From Candidatus Giovannonibacteria bacterium RIFCSPLOWO2_12_FULL_44_15 (GTDB lineage Bacteria > Patescibacteriota > Minisyncoccia > JACPKW01 > UBA11713), in the NCBI GenBank assembly GCA_001778905.1, contig MFIQ01000026.1, positions 1-42,503 of the forward strand: DNA of 42,503 nucleotides, written 5' to 3'. Each line of letters opens with the position of its first letter. The first letter of the stretch is position 1. This document shows positions 1 through 9,032 of this stretch, one piece after another. The notes below the pieces were generated by a model, which did no database searches, was not told the origin of the DNA, and saw nothing but the letters and a program-made list of their open reading frames with translations. The position numbers and the translations under genes were made by a program.

Positions 1-3000
1 ATTCCAGATGCGAAGGTTGAAGTTGCGGTTGTGGTTCCAACATTAAGCGCGGATACGGAAAGTCCTCCGGCAAATGTACTTGTCGCGGTTGTTGAAGTGG
101 CATTGATGCTTGCTACTTGCGGAGTTGAAGTTGCGACAACGTTTCCGGATGAATCGGTTGAGAGAAGCATGTGTGCGTTGACGTTGGAGAGCTGGAGATT
201 TGTTCCTGCATTGAAAGTCAGAGTTCCTGAAGTGTAGTTGTCGGAGGTGTCGCTTCGGAGGAATTGGGATGAGGTAAATCCTCCGAGAGTTGAAGAATCT
301 TTTCCTACGCAGTTCCCTGTTGAGTCTTCAAAGCAGCCGGCGGTTAGTTTGATGCCGTTGGAGAATGAAGAAGTCGCGGTTGAGGTGTTCAGTAAACTCC
401 CTCCGGTTATCACGAGTCCGTTGGAAGAAGTGAATCCTGCGGTTGAGATCCCTCCGGCGAAGGTGGAAGTCGCGTTGTTCCCTTGTATTGTAGTAGTTGC
501 AGTTCCTCCGATTGTGATTGTCGTAATCGAGGAGAGGGCCGTCGAAGAAGCATTCACGAATCTCTGAAGCCCCGTCCAATTATTGGCGTTTGAGAGATTT
601 AAGTCGGCGGTCAATGTTCCTCCGAGAGAAACGGGAGAGCCTGATAATGAAAGAGTCGAATTGGTTGAGTTGACGGTTATTGAGGAATTTTCAAGTTCGG
701 TGTTTGAGATAGTCTGGCCAAGATTGGTTAGGCACGCTCCCGATTGAGCGAGACAGCCTGCTGTAACATTGATTCCGTTGCCGGAGAAGGTTGAGGTGGC
801 AGATGAACTATTTAATATTGAACCTCCTGTAATAGTGAGGCCGTTTGAGGAAGAAAGACCGCCTGCCGATATTCCTCCTACAAATGTTGAAGTCGCTGAT
901 GAGGTAGCGTTGACAAATCCGATTGTAAGCTGGGTGGCGGAAGCTTGTGAAAATTGCTGAAGTCCCGTCCATGTATTTGGGTTTGTGAGATTAAGAGAAG
1001 CGACGACATCCCCCGCAGTTGGAGAGATTGTAAGGGTGGAGTCGGAATTTGAAACTGAAGTGACTACTCCGGAAGCTCCAGCGTCCGAACCGCACTGAAG
1101 GTTTCCATTGGTATCTGTTTCAAGGACAGAGGCTCCGTTGCAGCCGGTTAAGGTGGAGACTTGGAGATTCCCCCCGGTGATTCTCACTCCCCCAGCCAAA
1201 GTGTTGGTGGCGTTATTGGTCTGCAAAATACTCCCCCCGGAGATGGTTAATCCGGATGAAGTGGCTAGGAATCCAGGAGCATTTACGCCTGTATATATAG
1301 TAGACGTTCCTGCTTGGAAGTTGCCGACACCTTGAACGGAGAGAATGGAACCGGGAGTGGTGGTGCCGATGCCGACGAGACCTGCTATGTCGGTAGCAAA
1401 GATGATATTGCCAGCCACTAGCGCGTCATCGCGACCCGCATTGAGATACAAATGTTGACTAACTCCACCACGGGTTGTTACTGATGACCACTTATCACTT
1501 GCCCCCGGGGTAATCTGGTCACCAAATTTGATCCCATGTGTGACATCTGCTGTCCGTGAGCGGAAGAGGTTACCTCCATTGAGCTGGAGTAATTCCGTTG
1601 GTGCCGCCGTCCCAATTCCAACATTTCCATTTTGCAAAACGTAAATTCCAGTTGAACCTCCGGCTTGTAATCCTCCCGCAAACGTCGAAGTCGCGGCTGT
1701 TGAAGTCGCGTTTATTGAAGCGAAGCTCGGAGTCGTTGTCCCGACAACGTTGCCCGATGAGTCGGTTGAGAGGACAATATTGTTTCCTACGTTAGTTAAG
1801 TTTAGATTGGTTCCTCCGTTGAAGGTAAGAGTTCCGGAAGTAAAGAAGTCGTTGGTGTCAGACCTAAGGAATGAAAGAGAATCGATGCCGTCTAATGTTG
1901 TGGCGTCTCCTCCGGAGTTTGTAAGGCAAGTTCCGGATGGCATTTCAAAACATCCGGCTGTAAGTTTGAGTCCGTTGTTGAATGTTGAAGTTGCGCCGGA
2001 AGTTAAGAGAATGTTGCCGCCGGTGATGGTAAGGCCGTTTGAAGATGCAAAACTATTTGCTGAGATGCCTCCGTTAAAGGTTGATGTTCCTGAACCTTGT
2101 GAATAGATTAACCCAGTCGCAGTTGCATTCCCCCCGAAAAGAACATGCCCCGCAACAGATAAATTATATGCCGGAGAACTTGTTCCAATACCCAAAAAAT
2201 TACTTGATGTTAAAACGGATGTGAGAGCGCCGGAAGTATTATAAATATCAATAATGTTTGCTGTCTGTCCGGAAACCGGGACGAGAGCCAAGGTTGTTGT
2301 CGCGATGCTTCCGGAATTTACAGATAGCTTCGCGTACGGAGTCGTAGTTCCGATGCCTAGGCGATTTGTTGTCGTTGCCATACGGAGATAACCGCCATCA
2401 GTTGAAGCGAAAATAAAACTGGAATCCGAACCTCCACCGCTTCCGGCCGCAGACCAGGTCAAATTTCCTGACGAATCAACCTGTAGAAAATTCCCGGCAG
2501 TAATTGCGCCGGGCCAAGTATAGGTGACTCCGTTAAAACGGGTCGTACCCGTAGCGACCAATGTCCCGACCGAAAGATTCCCGGTTATGATTCCTTCGCC
2601 AACAACAGAAAGTTTGAAAGCGGGCGATGTTGTCCCGATCCCTAAAAACTGATTCGTGTCATCCCAAAGTAGCGTCGAGGCATCGTCGAGTGTAGTGCCC
2701 GTGGCGGGATAAAACGCAAGCGCTCCGGCTATTCCTGAATTTACAGTCCCTGATCCGCCTCCTCCAGAGGGGCATCCGGTGCATGTACCCGTTATAGTCA
2801 AATTTCCGACCGTGAGATCATCGGTATCGATTGAGTTTGAGCTTGTTATACTGCCAAGCGTTACATTGCCGAGATTATCAATCCTTTGCACAATCGAAAC
2901 TGAGCGATCCAAACCATTTATCTTGGTCTGGAGAGCCTGCTCCAAGTCGAAAATTTTCTTATTGACATCGGCTTCGCTTATTCCCGAGACAATCTTTTCA

Positions 3001-3764
3001 ATTCTGCGCTCGATCGTGTGCTCTCCCTCTATCCGAACGATGCTTCTTGAGTTTCTTAAACTTTCTACCTCTGTTTTCAATTGGGCCAGCTCATCTGCAA
3101 GTGTGCCGTATTCCGCTAATAAGCTCTCCGGAATAGCGGGAGGCTGTGGCGTGGGAACTTCCGGCGGCGGAGGAGGAGGCGTTACAGCAACCTTCTTCTC
3201 CGCTCTAAATGTGTTGTGGAATGTGATCGCTGCCCCCAAGAGATAGTCGTAATTCCAAGTTAGCAAAAGAATCAAGGTTGTTAGTACAACAACAGGAATC
3301 CATTTTCTCCATAAAAACTGCTCTCTATTATATGGGGTCGTCCTCTCGACCTTACTCGACCTTAGCTCGTGAGTATCAAAATCTCTAATAAAAGGCTCAA
3401 CAGCCGCGGGAACTATGTTTGCGGGAAATGATGCCTCAACAATTTCCGGCTGCATCGCCCCTTCTGCATCCAGACCTAGATCCGCTGTTTTGAGATAATC
3501 CGCTGTTGATTCAAGAATTAATGGCTCGTGAGAAATATTTAACAACGCCCTCGAGCCGTTAACTCGAGGAAGTGCCAATACAGAATCTTTTTCGATAAAC
3601 CACTGCTTGCCGACTCGCTTTGAACGAATTTTTTCGCGTCGAGCAAGTCGCCCCAAATAATCGCTGTGATATCCGGATATTGCCGCAGCAGATTTCAACG
3701 ACAAATAAATTTTACCTTCGAGTAAAATTTCTTTACCGTTGAATTTTAATTCTTCATTCAACAC
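1..3764 (-). CDS. Giant membrane-anchored fibre/adhesin-like protein with N-terminal HTH (3'-partial, about 1254 aa in window; absent from ORF track)
   Basis: Manual translation from GTG 3764 (or TTG 3761) stays open to the window edge, and the frame agrees at both ends. Reads NEELKFNGKEILLEGKIYLSLKSAAAISGYHSDYLGRLARREKIRSKRVGKQWFIE (excisionase/MerR-like HTH), TM WIPVVVLTTLILLLTW, PPPPPPEVPTPQPP, a coiled coil, then G/S/T/N-rich repeats with five GIGT(T/S/A)(T/S/A)P motifs. The + strand ORFs at 31, 238, 769, 1108, 1750 and 2779 all lie in one antisense shadow frame. Confidence 0.9.
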   Translation of the reverse strand, partial: MLNEELKFNGKEILLEGKIYLSLKSAAAISGYHSDYLGRLARREKIRSKRVGKQWFIEKDSVLALPRVNGSRALLNISHEPLILESTADYLKTADLGLDAEGAMQPEIVEASFPANIVPAAVEPFIRDFDTHELRSSKVERTTPYNREQFLWRKWIPVVVLTTLILLLTWNYDYLLGAAITFHNTFRAEKKVAVTPPPPPPEVPTPQPPAIPESLLAEYGTLADELAQLKTEVESLRNSRSIVRIEGEHTIERRIEKIVSGISEADVNKKIFDLEQALQTKINGLDRSVSIVQRIDNLGNVTLGSITSSNSIDTDDLTVGNLTITGTCTGCPSGGGGSGTVNSGIAGALAFYPATGTTLDDASTLLWDDTNQFLGIGTTSPAFKLSVVGEGIITGNLSVGTLVATGTTRFNGVTYTWPGAITAGNFLQVDSSGNLTWSAAGSGGGSDSSFIFASTDGGYLRMATTTNRLGIGTTTPYAKLSVNSGSIATTTLALVPVSGQTANIIDIYNTSGALTSVLTSSNFLGIGTSSPAYNLSVAGHVLFGGNATATGLIYSQGSGTSTFNGGISANSFASSNGLTITGGNILLTSGATSTFNNGLKLTAGCFEMPSGTCLTNSGGDATTLDGIDSLSFLRSDTNDFFTSGTLTFNGGTNLNLTNVGNNIVLSTDSSGNVVGTTTPSFASINATSTAATSTFAGGLQAGGSTGIYVLQNGNVGIGTAAPTELLQLNGGNLFRSRTADVTHGIKFGDQITPGASDKWSSVTTRGGVSQHLYLNAGRDDALVAGNIIFATDIAGLVGIGTTTPGSILSVQGVGNFQAGTSTIYTGVNAPGFLATSSGLTISGGSILQTNNATNTLAGGVRITGGNLQVSTLTGCNGASVLETDTNGNLQCGSDAGASGVVTSVSNSDSTLTISPTAGDVVASLNLTNPNTWTGLQQFSQASATQLTIGFVNATSSATSTFVGGISAGGLSSSNGLTITGGSILNSSSATSTFSGNGINVTAGCLAQSGACLTNLGQTISNTELENSSITVNSTNSTLSLSGSPVSLGGTLTADLNLSNANNWTGLQRFVNASSTALSSITTITIGGTATTTIQGNNATSTFAGGISTAGFTSSNGLVITGGSLLNTSTATSSFSNGIKLTAGCFEDSTGNCVGKDSSTLGGFTSSQFLRSDTSDNYTSGTLTFNAGTNLQLSNVNAHMLLSTDSSGNVVATSTPQVASINATSTTATSTFAGGLSVSALNVGTTTATSTFASG
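65..2075 (-). repeat. Internal duplication of about 135 aa in the giant protein (about 1675-2075 vs about 65-460) plus shorter repeats
   Basis: SSNGLTITGG..ATSTFNNGLKLTAGCFE..FLRSDTNDFFTSGTLTFNGGTNL..LSTDSSGNVVGTTTPSFASINATS vs SSNGLVITGG..ATSSFSNGIKLTAGCFE..FLRSDTSDNYTSGTLTFNAGTNL..LSTDSSGNVVATSTPQVASINATS. Confidence 0.85.
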
Positions 3765-3969
3765 AACAAGATTTTTTTATTCGACCCATTGGACGAGATC
3801 TCGACCTCTCTATATATTTTAGTTTTTTATTAAGCAATCCTACTACAGCAAAAACGCAAAAATCCTGTGGAGAAATAAGGATTTTTTCTCGAGGTCGATC
3901 TGAAAACTTATTCACTTTCCAAACATATAAAAACTATCTAAACTTAGTGTATAAAATAATCAGTAATGT

Positions 3970-4254
3970 ATGAGCGACAACGATTCATCAAAGTTTATAA
4001 CGATTAAGGTAGCTGCACGAATGCTTGGGGTATCGCCCTTGACGCTTCGCAACTGGGATAAGAGGAAAAAATTGGCAGCATATCGTCATCCCATCAATAA
4101 CTATCGCGTTTACAAGCTCGAAGACATCAAAAATTTTCTAGACACTATTGAGCACGTTAATAAACCAAGAAAAATCCAGATAACATTTCTCTCAGATGAT
4201 TCCTCGGAGATTGAACAAGCCGACAAAAGTTTAGATGACGAGCTAAAAATCTAG
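3970..4254 (+). CDS. Stand-alone MerR-family HTH DNA-binding protein
   Basis: ITIKVAARMLGVSPLTLRNWDKRKKL..RHPINNYRVY is the MerR HTH signature; no effector domain. Confidence 0.88.
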   Translation: MSDNDSSKFITIKVAARMLGVSPLTLRNWDKRKKLAAYRHPINNYRVYKLEDIKNFLDTIEHVNKPRKIQITFLSDDSSEIEQADKSLDDELKI

Positions 4255-4293
4255 TTGTTTTATAACGTTGAGGTAACTTTTATCTAATACTGC

Positions 4294-4983
4294 CTATGAT
4301 TTATCGCTCGGTGCGTGTTTTCTTGCTCTATTAGCCAGGATGTATGCGGTTGCCCCAATCAATATGACAATAATGGCGACCCAGGAGATAAACCCTACAA
4401 AATTTTGATCTATCAGCGCCTCCCCTGAAAAAATTAGTGCTACTGCGGTAAGGATTTCAACAAATGCGGTAATTATCATGTACTTAATGAAGCTGTAGCG
4501 CGCCAATCCAAAAATATATCCAGTTTCGGCGGGCATCGCCAAGCGAAACAGGAGCGCGAATAGAAATGTCATGCGGCTAGAAATAAATTCATCCCACGTT
4601 TTGATTTTTTCCTGTGTGATAATCCTTGCTACAATTGAATGACCAAGGTGCCGACCGATTGAGTATGAAATCATCCCTCCAGTAATCCAGCCGGAAAGAA
4701 GTATCCAAAATGTTACCCAATTCCCCCAGAGGATCAATGCGATGGGAACGAGTGGTGCACTCGTGAAAGGTCCCAAGAGTACGGACGCAACCGCGAATAG
4801 CCAAAAAATCCCAAGCGACAAAAATACATTATTATTTGAATCATTTTTTTGAATTATCTCTACTAGCTTATATATAATTCCGTCTCGGGAAATATATCCC
4901 CAAATCCAAAAAACCACTATCAATGCAATAAATAGCAAGAGTATCAATCTTGTCCTATTCCCTAAAATCAGACGCCTGTTCAC
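4294..4983 (-). CDS. DedA/TVP38 (VTT-domain) membrane protein
   Basis: Multi-TM; GWITGGMISYSIGRHLG and ALLFRLAMP..GYIFGL resemble SNARE-associated/VTT motifs. Confidence 0.75.
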   Translation of the reverse strand: MNRRLILGNRTRLILLLFIALIVVFWIWGYISRDGIIYKLVEIIQKNDSNNNVFLSLGIFWLFAVASVLLGPFTSAPLVPIALILWGNWVTFWILLSGWITGGMISYSIGRHLGHSIVARIITQEKIKTWDEFISSRMTFLFALLFRLAMPAETGYIFGLARYSFIKYMIITAFVEILTAVALIFSGEALIDQNFVGFISWVAIIVILIGATAYILANRARKHAPSDKS

Positions 4984-6068
4984 TACTCAATTATAAACCT
5001 ATCTGAGAAGTTTGTAAGGTTTCTATATCCCTTATTGGTCACAAAAACTACATCTTCTATCCTCACGCCACCAAGATTTGCGTAATAGAGTCCTGGCTCA
5101 ATCGTAAAGACAGATCCCGGCCTCAATACATCTTCTGAAGTCCGATTTACGTGGGGTGCTTCATGAACCTCAAGCCCCAAGCCGTGCCCCGTCCCGTGGG
5201 TAAATCCAGTATCCCCAACATCAAACCCATCATTAATGATTGAATCAGCAACTGCTTTATGAATCTCTTTGGCTATAATTCCGGGTTTTATTACCCTAAA
5301 CGCCGCTTCTTGCGCTCTCAAAACGGAATCATACATTTTCATAATCTTCTTATTTGGTTTCCCTTTTATATATGTCCGCGTCACATCCGCAAAATATCCC
5401 GTCTTTTTTGAGACAGGAAATATATCGCAGACGATCGTTTGGTTTGCGGATAGCTTCCCCTGCCCCTGGTGATGGGAAATTGCCGCGTCTTTACCGGAAG
5501 AAATTATCATGCCTTCTGTATTCAGCATCCCCTTATTAAATAAGACCTCCTCTACTTCGCGTTTCAAAAATTCACTAGTCAGCGCTTCTCCTTTGAAAAT
5601 TATCAGCCCTGCTTTAATTTCAGATGCATTAAGAATTTCTTCGATTTTAAGAAACGCCGAATGAGTTTTTTTAACGCTACTTTCGATCATATTAATCTCC
5701 TCGCTGTTCTTTACCGCGCGCCCTTCATAGTACGGGCGCGTGATTTTAAGAGTTACCCCCCTTTCCCGCAGGAAGTCGGCAAGGTCGAGCGGAAAATATG
5801 CCGGAACTGCGATTTCATTAGAATTCGGAGAATATTCCCGTATCAAGGCGAGTGCGAAATCGTTTCGGCTCCCGCCTTTCACTAAAACCCCTTCGATATT
5901 TTTGTCTTTATTTCTTTCCTGAAAAAATCCAAATTCCCGGTGGTCTAGGAATATATACTTTCTTTTCTCCGTTTCCAAAAAGAAAAAATCGTCCAGAATA
6001 TCAATCTTGACGGCGTATTTCATATCCTTATTTTTCGTACTTGCGTAGGAAAGTCTAGTCATAACCAT
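4983..6068 (-). CDS. M24 family (Xaa-Pro) aminopeptidase
   Basis: DIFP..GYFADVTRT, HGTGHGLGLEVHEAP, TIEPGLY, GGVRIEDVV metal-binding motifs. Confidence 0.93.
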   Translation of the reverse strand: MVMTRLSYASTKNKDMKYAVKIDILDDFFFLETEKRKYIFLDHREFGFFQERNKDKNIEGVLVKGGSRNDFALALIREYSPNSNEIAVPAYFPLDLADFLRERGVTLKITRPYYEGRAVKNSEEINMIESSVKKTHSAFLKIEEILNASEIKAGLIIFKGEALTSEFLKREVEEVLFNKGMLNTEGMIISSGKDAAISHHQGQGKLSANQTIVCDIFPVSKKTGYFADVTRTYIKGKPNKKIMKMYDSVLRAQEAAFRVIKPGIIAKEIHKAVADSIINDGFDVGDTGFTHGTGHGLGLEVHEAPHVNRTSEDVLRPGSVFTIEPGLYYANLGGVRIEDVVFVTNKGYRNLTNFSDRFIIE

Positions 6069-7075
6069 CTGCGCACTCGCGCCTTATATTTAATGTATTC
6101 TTCGCCAAGAGTTTCCTCCAAATATTTCTCCTCCCGAAGGATGACTCCGTAATGTAGAGTATAGAATATTATAGGCAGGAAAAACACCGTCCAAAGAGTA
6201 TTGAAAGCGACAGTCAGCGACAGATAAAAAAGCGTAAAGCCGACATACATTGGGTTCCGCGTGAACGCGAATGGACCCTCTGTTACGACCACGCCTACTG
6301 GTTTAAAGCGCGGATCCACCTTGGATCTGAGCAAAGTTTTAACTGCCCAATACAGAATACTAGCGCCCGTAGCCATTAGTAATATAAAAATCAAGAGCCT
6401 CCAGCGCAAACCCATACTAAAGATTGATAATGGGTATATAATATTGACCCCAATTCCGATTAAAAGCGGGCCAAGAAAGATATAAGGCGGCGGTAAAATT
6501 GGAATAGGCCGTCCAATTGCTCTAACTACCCCGGCTTTCAAAAGCGCTTGATAGTGTACTGGATTATTGCGTTTAATATAGACTATGACTTTTCCGGCGC
6601 CCGGGGCTGAGGCGATGCCATGCTCGCTGGCAAAGGCCATAATTTTTCCCTCGGCCTCGGGAACATCTTTTTCATCTGCCACCATAATTTCTGCCTCAAA
6701 AGTTTTGAATCCAAAATCCATCTCGTCGAAATCCAAATGAAACTCCCCTTTTTGATAACTTTCCCGCGTTGTAATAATTTTTGCAAACGGCCTTATCAGA
6801 TCCCAATTCGCGCCGATTGTTTTTCTGATTTCGCTTTCGTCTTCAAGCTCGTAATATTGATCAGTCGCTTTTTTCTGAATTGCCTCTCCGAAGGGAACTT
6901 TCAATTCCCATTTCCCTTCCCGCTGGCGCAACCAATAATCTTTCGTCGTCAGCCGAAAATCATCAGTGTCATAGTAAATATCCGCGAAAGATTTCTTGGA
7001 AATCAGCTTCGCATCCTGAATTAATCTCTCCTTATCCCCCGCCTTCAGATCAAAATTTTTTTCAACTTCGATCAA
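6059..7075 (-). CDS. Fusion of CYTH (triphosphate tunnel) domain and ICMT/PEMT-type membrane methyltransferase
   Basis: N-terminal IEVEKNF (ExExK), DIYYDT, WLRQR, WELK; C-terminal TM helices with VVTEGPFAFTRNPMYVG and EEKYLEETLGEEYIKYKARVRRWL. Confidence 0.85.
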   Translation of the reverse strand: MIEVEKNFDLKAGDKERLIQDAKLISKKSFADIYYDTDDFRLTTKDYWLRQREGKWELKVPFGEAIQKKATDQYYELEDESEIRKTIGANWDLIRPFAKIITTRESYQKGEFHLDFDEMDFGFKTFEAEIMVADEKDVPEAEGKIMAFASEHGIASAPGAGKVIVYIKRNNPVHYQALLKAGVVRAIGRPIPILPPPYIFLGPLLIGIGVNIIYPLSIFSMGLRWRLLIFILLMATGASILYWAVKTLLRSKVDPRFKPVGVVVTEGPFAFTRNPMYVGFTLFYLSLTVAFNTLWTVFFLPIIFYTLHYGVILREEKYLEETLGEEYIKYKARVRRWL

Positions 7076-7082
7076 ATGGAAA

Positions 7083-7691
7083 TCAATAGTCTACAAAGCG
7101 ACCGATTGAAGCTTTTTCTTTGAGGCTTGTTATAAACACATTGGCCTCCGAGCTAAGCTTCTGCTGGCGTAACTGGTCCTCTACATTTTTCCGAAAATCC
7201 GCTTCCTCGCCTTTGGGAGGAGTAATCTTGTTTTCCTTAATAAAATTGTCAATATCGGAGCCGGATACCTGGATCTGATCCGAGAGAATTTTCTGCAATT
7301 CTTTTTCCAGCGTTATCTGGCTGATTAAATCTTCTCTTGTCATATTTCGCATGGAGAGCGCCTGATCCAGCGTCTGCCCCTGCGCTCCCACCTGCTTCTC
7401 TATGTCGCTAACTACTGCGTCGATCTCCTCCTTCGGGATAGAAATACCCCTTTTCTCGGCCTCGCTCGCAATAAGCTTTTCCGTAATAAGATTATCAAGA
7501 ACAATTTTTCCGGATTGCTTCTCAAGCATCCGAATAACCGATAACCTGCTTATGGGCGAGCCGTCCACCGTCGCTGCGACAACCAGCCCCCTATACCCGT
7601 ATCCAATTGCGGCAAGAAGTATTACAGCCACCAAAATAACAGAAAACTTAACCGTCATAAATTTTTTGAGTCGCTCAATATAATTGTTCAT
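7083..7691 (-). CDS. SurA N-terminal domain / PrsA-like membrane-anchored chaperone
   Basis: N-terminal TM, VAATVDGSPIS, LDNLITEKLIASEAEKRGI; ATG at 7691 preferred over the 7727 start in the track. Confidence 0.8.
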   Translation of the reverse strand: MNNYIERLKKFMTVKFSVILVAVILLAAIGYGYRGLVVAATVDGSPISRLSVIRMLEKQSGKIVLDNLITEKLIASEAEKRGISIPKEEIDAVVSDIEKQVGAQGQTLDQALSMRNMTREDLISQITLEKELQKILSDQIQVSGSDIDNFIKENKITPPKGEEADFRKNVEDQLRQQKLSSEANVFITSLKEKASIGRFVDY

Positions 7692-7734
7692 AGTTATTAT
7701 GATACTGTTTTTAAAATAAGCTGGCAACGCTGTC

Positions 7735-8697
7735 TTATTTCTTCAAATTTATCCCATTTAAAATCTTCTTTACTTTCTCCATGCTATCCCAATCGTGAAT
7801 GGAAATTGCTATTGCGTTTTTATTTACTTTTTTCAGTGCCGAAAGTTTTTTCTTCATATCCACCGCGGGCAAGGTATCACTCTTTGAAAGAAACAGGTAT
7901 TCCGTCTTTTCCAACATCACTTCGTTATAGGCCTTGAGCTCCCCTCGGACCGTTTTATAATCCTTCGCTGGGTTTTCTGATTCCGCAGAGATTAAATGAA
8001 AAAGTATTTTTGTGCGCTCAATATGCCGCAAAAATTTTATGCCTAGCCCTTTTCCCGAAGACGCTCCCTCGATTAGCCCTGGGATGTCCGCGAGAATTAA
8101 ATCGTAATATACTCCCAGATTCGGCTCGAGTGTTGTAAACGCGTAATTTGCGACTTTGCTTTTTGCTTCCGTAAGCTCGTTTAACAAGCTCGATTTTCCG
8201 GCGTTAGGCAGGCCGATTAACCCAACATCGGCGATCAGTTTGAGCTCAAGCTTTAATTTAAATTCTTCGCCCGAGAGCCCCTCCTGGAATCTTTTGGGTG
8301 TGGTTAATTTAGGCGAGCGAAATAAAAAGTTTCCCTTCCCTCCGTGCCCGCCTTTTGCAATAAGAATTTTTTCCCCGATTTTCAGGACTTCCTCAGTGCC
8401 GATCTTGCCTATTTTTTGAATTACTGTTCCAATCGGAACCTTCAAAACGAGATCCGCTCCGTCCGCGCCGTCGTTAAATTGCCCCTTACCATCTTCCCCA
8501 TTTTTCGCTCGTATCTCCTTTTTATATCGAAATTGCCCGAGAGAACTTAAATCCGAGACGCCTTCAAAAGAAATGCTTCCCCCGTTGCCGCCCGATCCGC
8601 CAACCGGCCCAAGACTCATCAGGTTTTTATTGAAAGCTACAGCTCCCTTCCCGCCATTCCCTGCATGAATCTTGATTGTTACGTCGTCGATCAGCAT
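7735..8697 (-). CDS. obgE: GTPase Obg/CgtA
   Basis: Gly-rich Obg fold N-terminus; ADVGLIGLPNAGKSS, YAFTTLEPNLG, DIPGLIEGAS, FLRHIERT. Confidence 0.97.
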   Translation of the reverse strand: MLIDDVTIKIHAGNGGKGAVAFNKNLMSLGPVGGSGGNGGSISFEGVSDLSSLGQFRYKKEIRAKNGEDGKGQFNDGADGADLVLKVPIGTVIQKIGKIGTEEVLKIGEKILIAKGGHGGKGNFLFRSPKLTTPKRFQEGLSGEEFKLKLELKLIADVGLIGLPNAGKSSLLNELTEAKSKVANYAFTTLEPNLGVYYDLILADIPGLIEGASSGKGLGIKFLRHIERTKILFHLISAESENPAKDYKTVRGELKAYNEVMLEKTEYLFLSKSDTLPAVDMKKKLSALKKVNKNAIAISIHDWDSMEKVKKILNGINLKK

Positions 8698-8733
8698 ATG
8701 AACCTTTATTTTATGAAAAAATTGCCGAAAAAT

Positions 8734-8764
8734 AAAGCGGCTAAAGGGTTTCCTCGCCGCTTTT
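8734..8764. terminator. Hairpin, probable intrinsic terminator
   Basis: aaagcggc(8734-8741)...gccgcttt(8756-8763), just after the stop of the 48-aa ORF. Confidence 0.55.
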
Positions 8765-8770
8765 CGCAGG

Positions 8771-8917
8771 CTATTTGTAAAAAAGTTTGTTGGTTAAAAG
8801 AAACCTAGCCCGTAAGCCATACAGACAAGCAAGGCGACTGCCTTTTGGCACCACACCGAAAACGACAACACCTACGCTTGACGGATGCTTTTCATACACC
8901 TCCATTCGTCTTCCCAT
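8771..8917 (-). CDS. Small hypothetical protein, 48 aa (below ORF-track cutoff)
   Basis: MGRRMEVYEKHPSSVGVVVFGVVPKGSRLACLYGLRARFLLTNKLFYK*, preceded by TAAGGAGG 5 nt upstream and bounded by hairpins. Confidence 0.45.
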   Translation of the reverse strand: MGRRMEVYEKHPSSVGVVVFGVVPKGSRLACLYGLRARFLLTNKLFYK

Positions 8918-8978
8918 AAGTTCCTCCTTAAGACTTGGATCTTTTAATATCTACTTACCACATCCAAACCCAAAATAC

Positions 8979-9012
8979 AACGGCGGAGGGGTTTTTAACC
9001 ACCTCCGCCGTT
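8979..9012. terminator. Intrinsic terminator hairpin after purC-purE
   Basis: aacggcggagg...cctccgccgtt perfect 11-bp stem. Confidence 0.7.
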
Positions 9013-9032
9013 TGATTCCAGAAGATCAAAAA

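Noticed and set aside
31..3246. Series of + strand ORFs (31, 238, 769, 1108, 1750, 2779) rich in V/P/E
   Set aside because: Antisense shadows of the giant minus-strand ORF; their repeats mirror its repeats
1..3764. Prophage tail-fibre gene or DGR target
   Set aside because: No phage genes or reverse transcriptase in the window; the protein has a TM anchor; repeat differences are not adenine-specific
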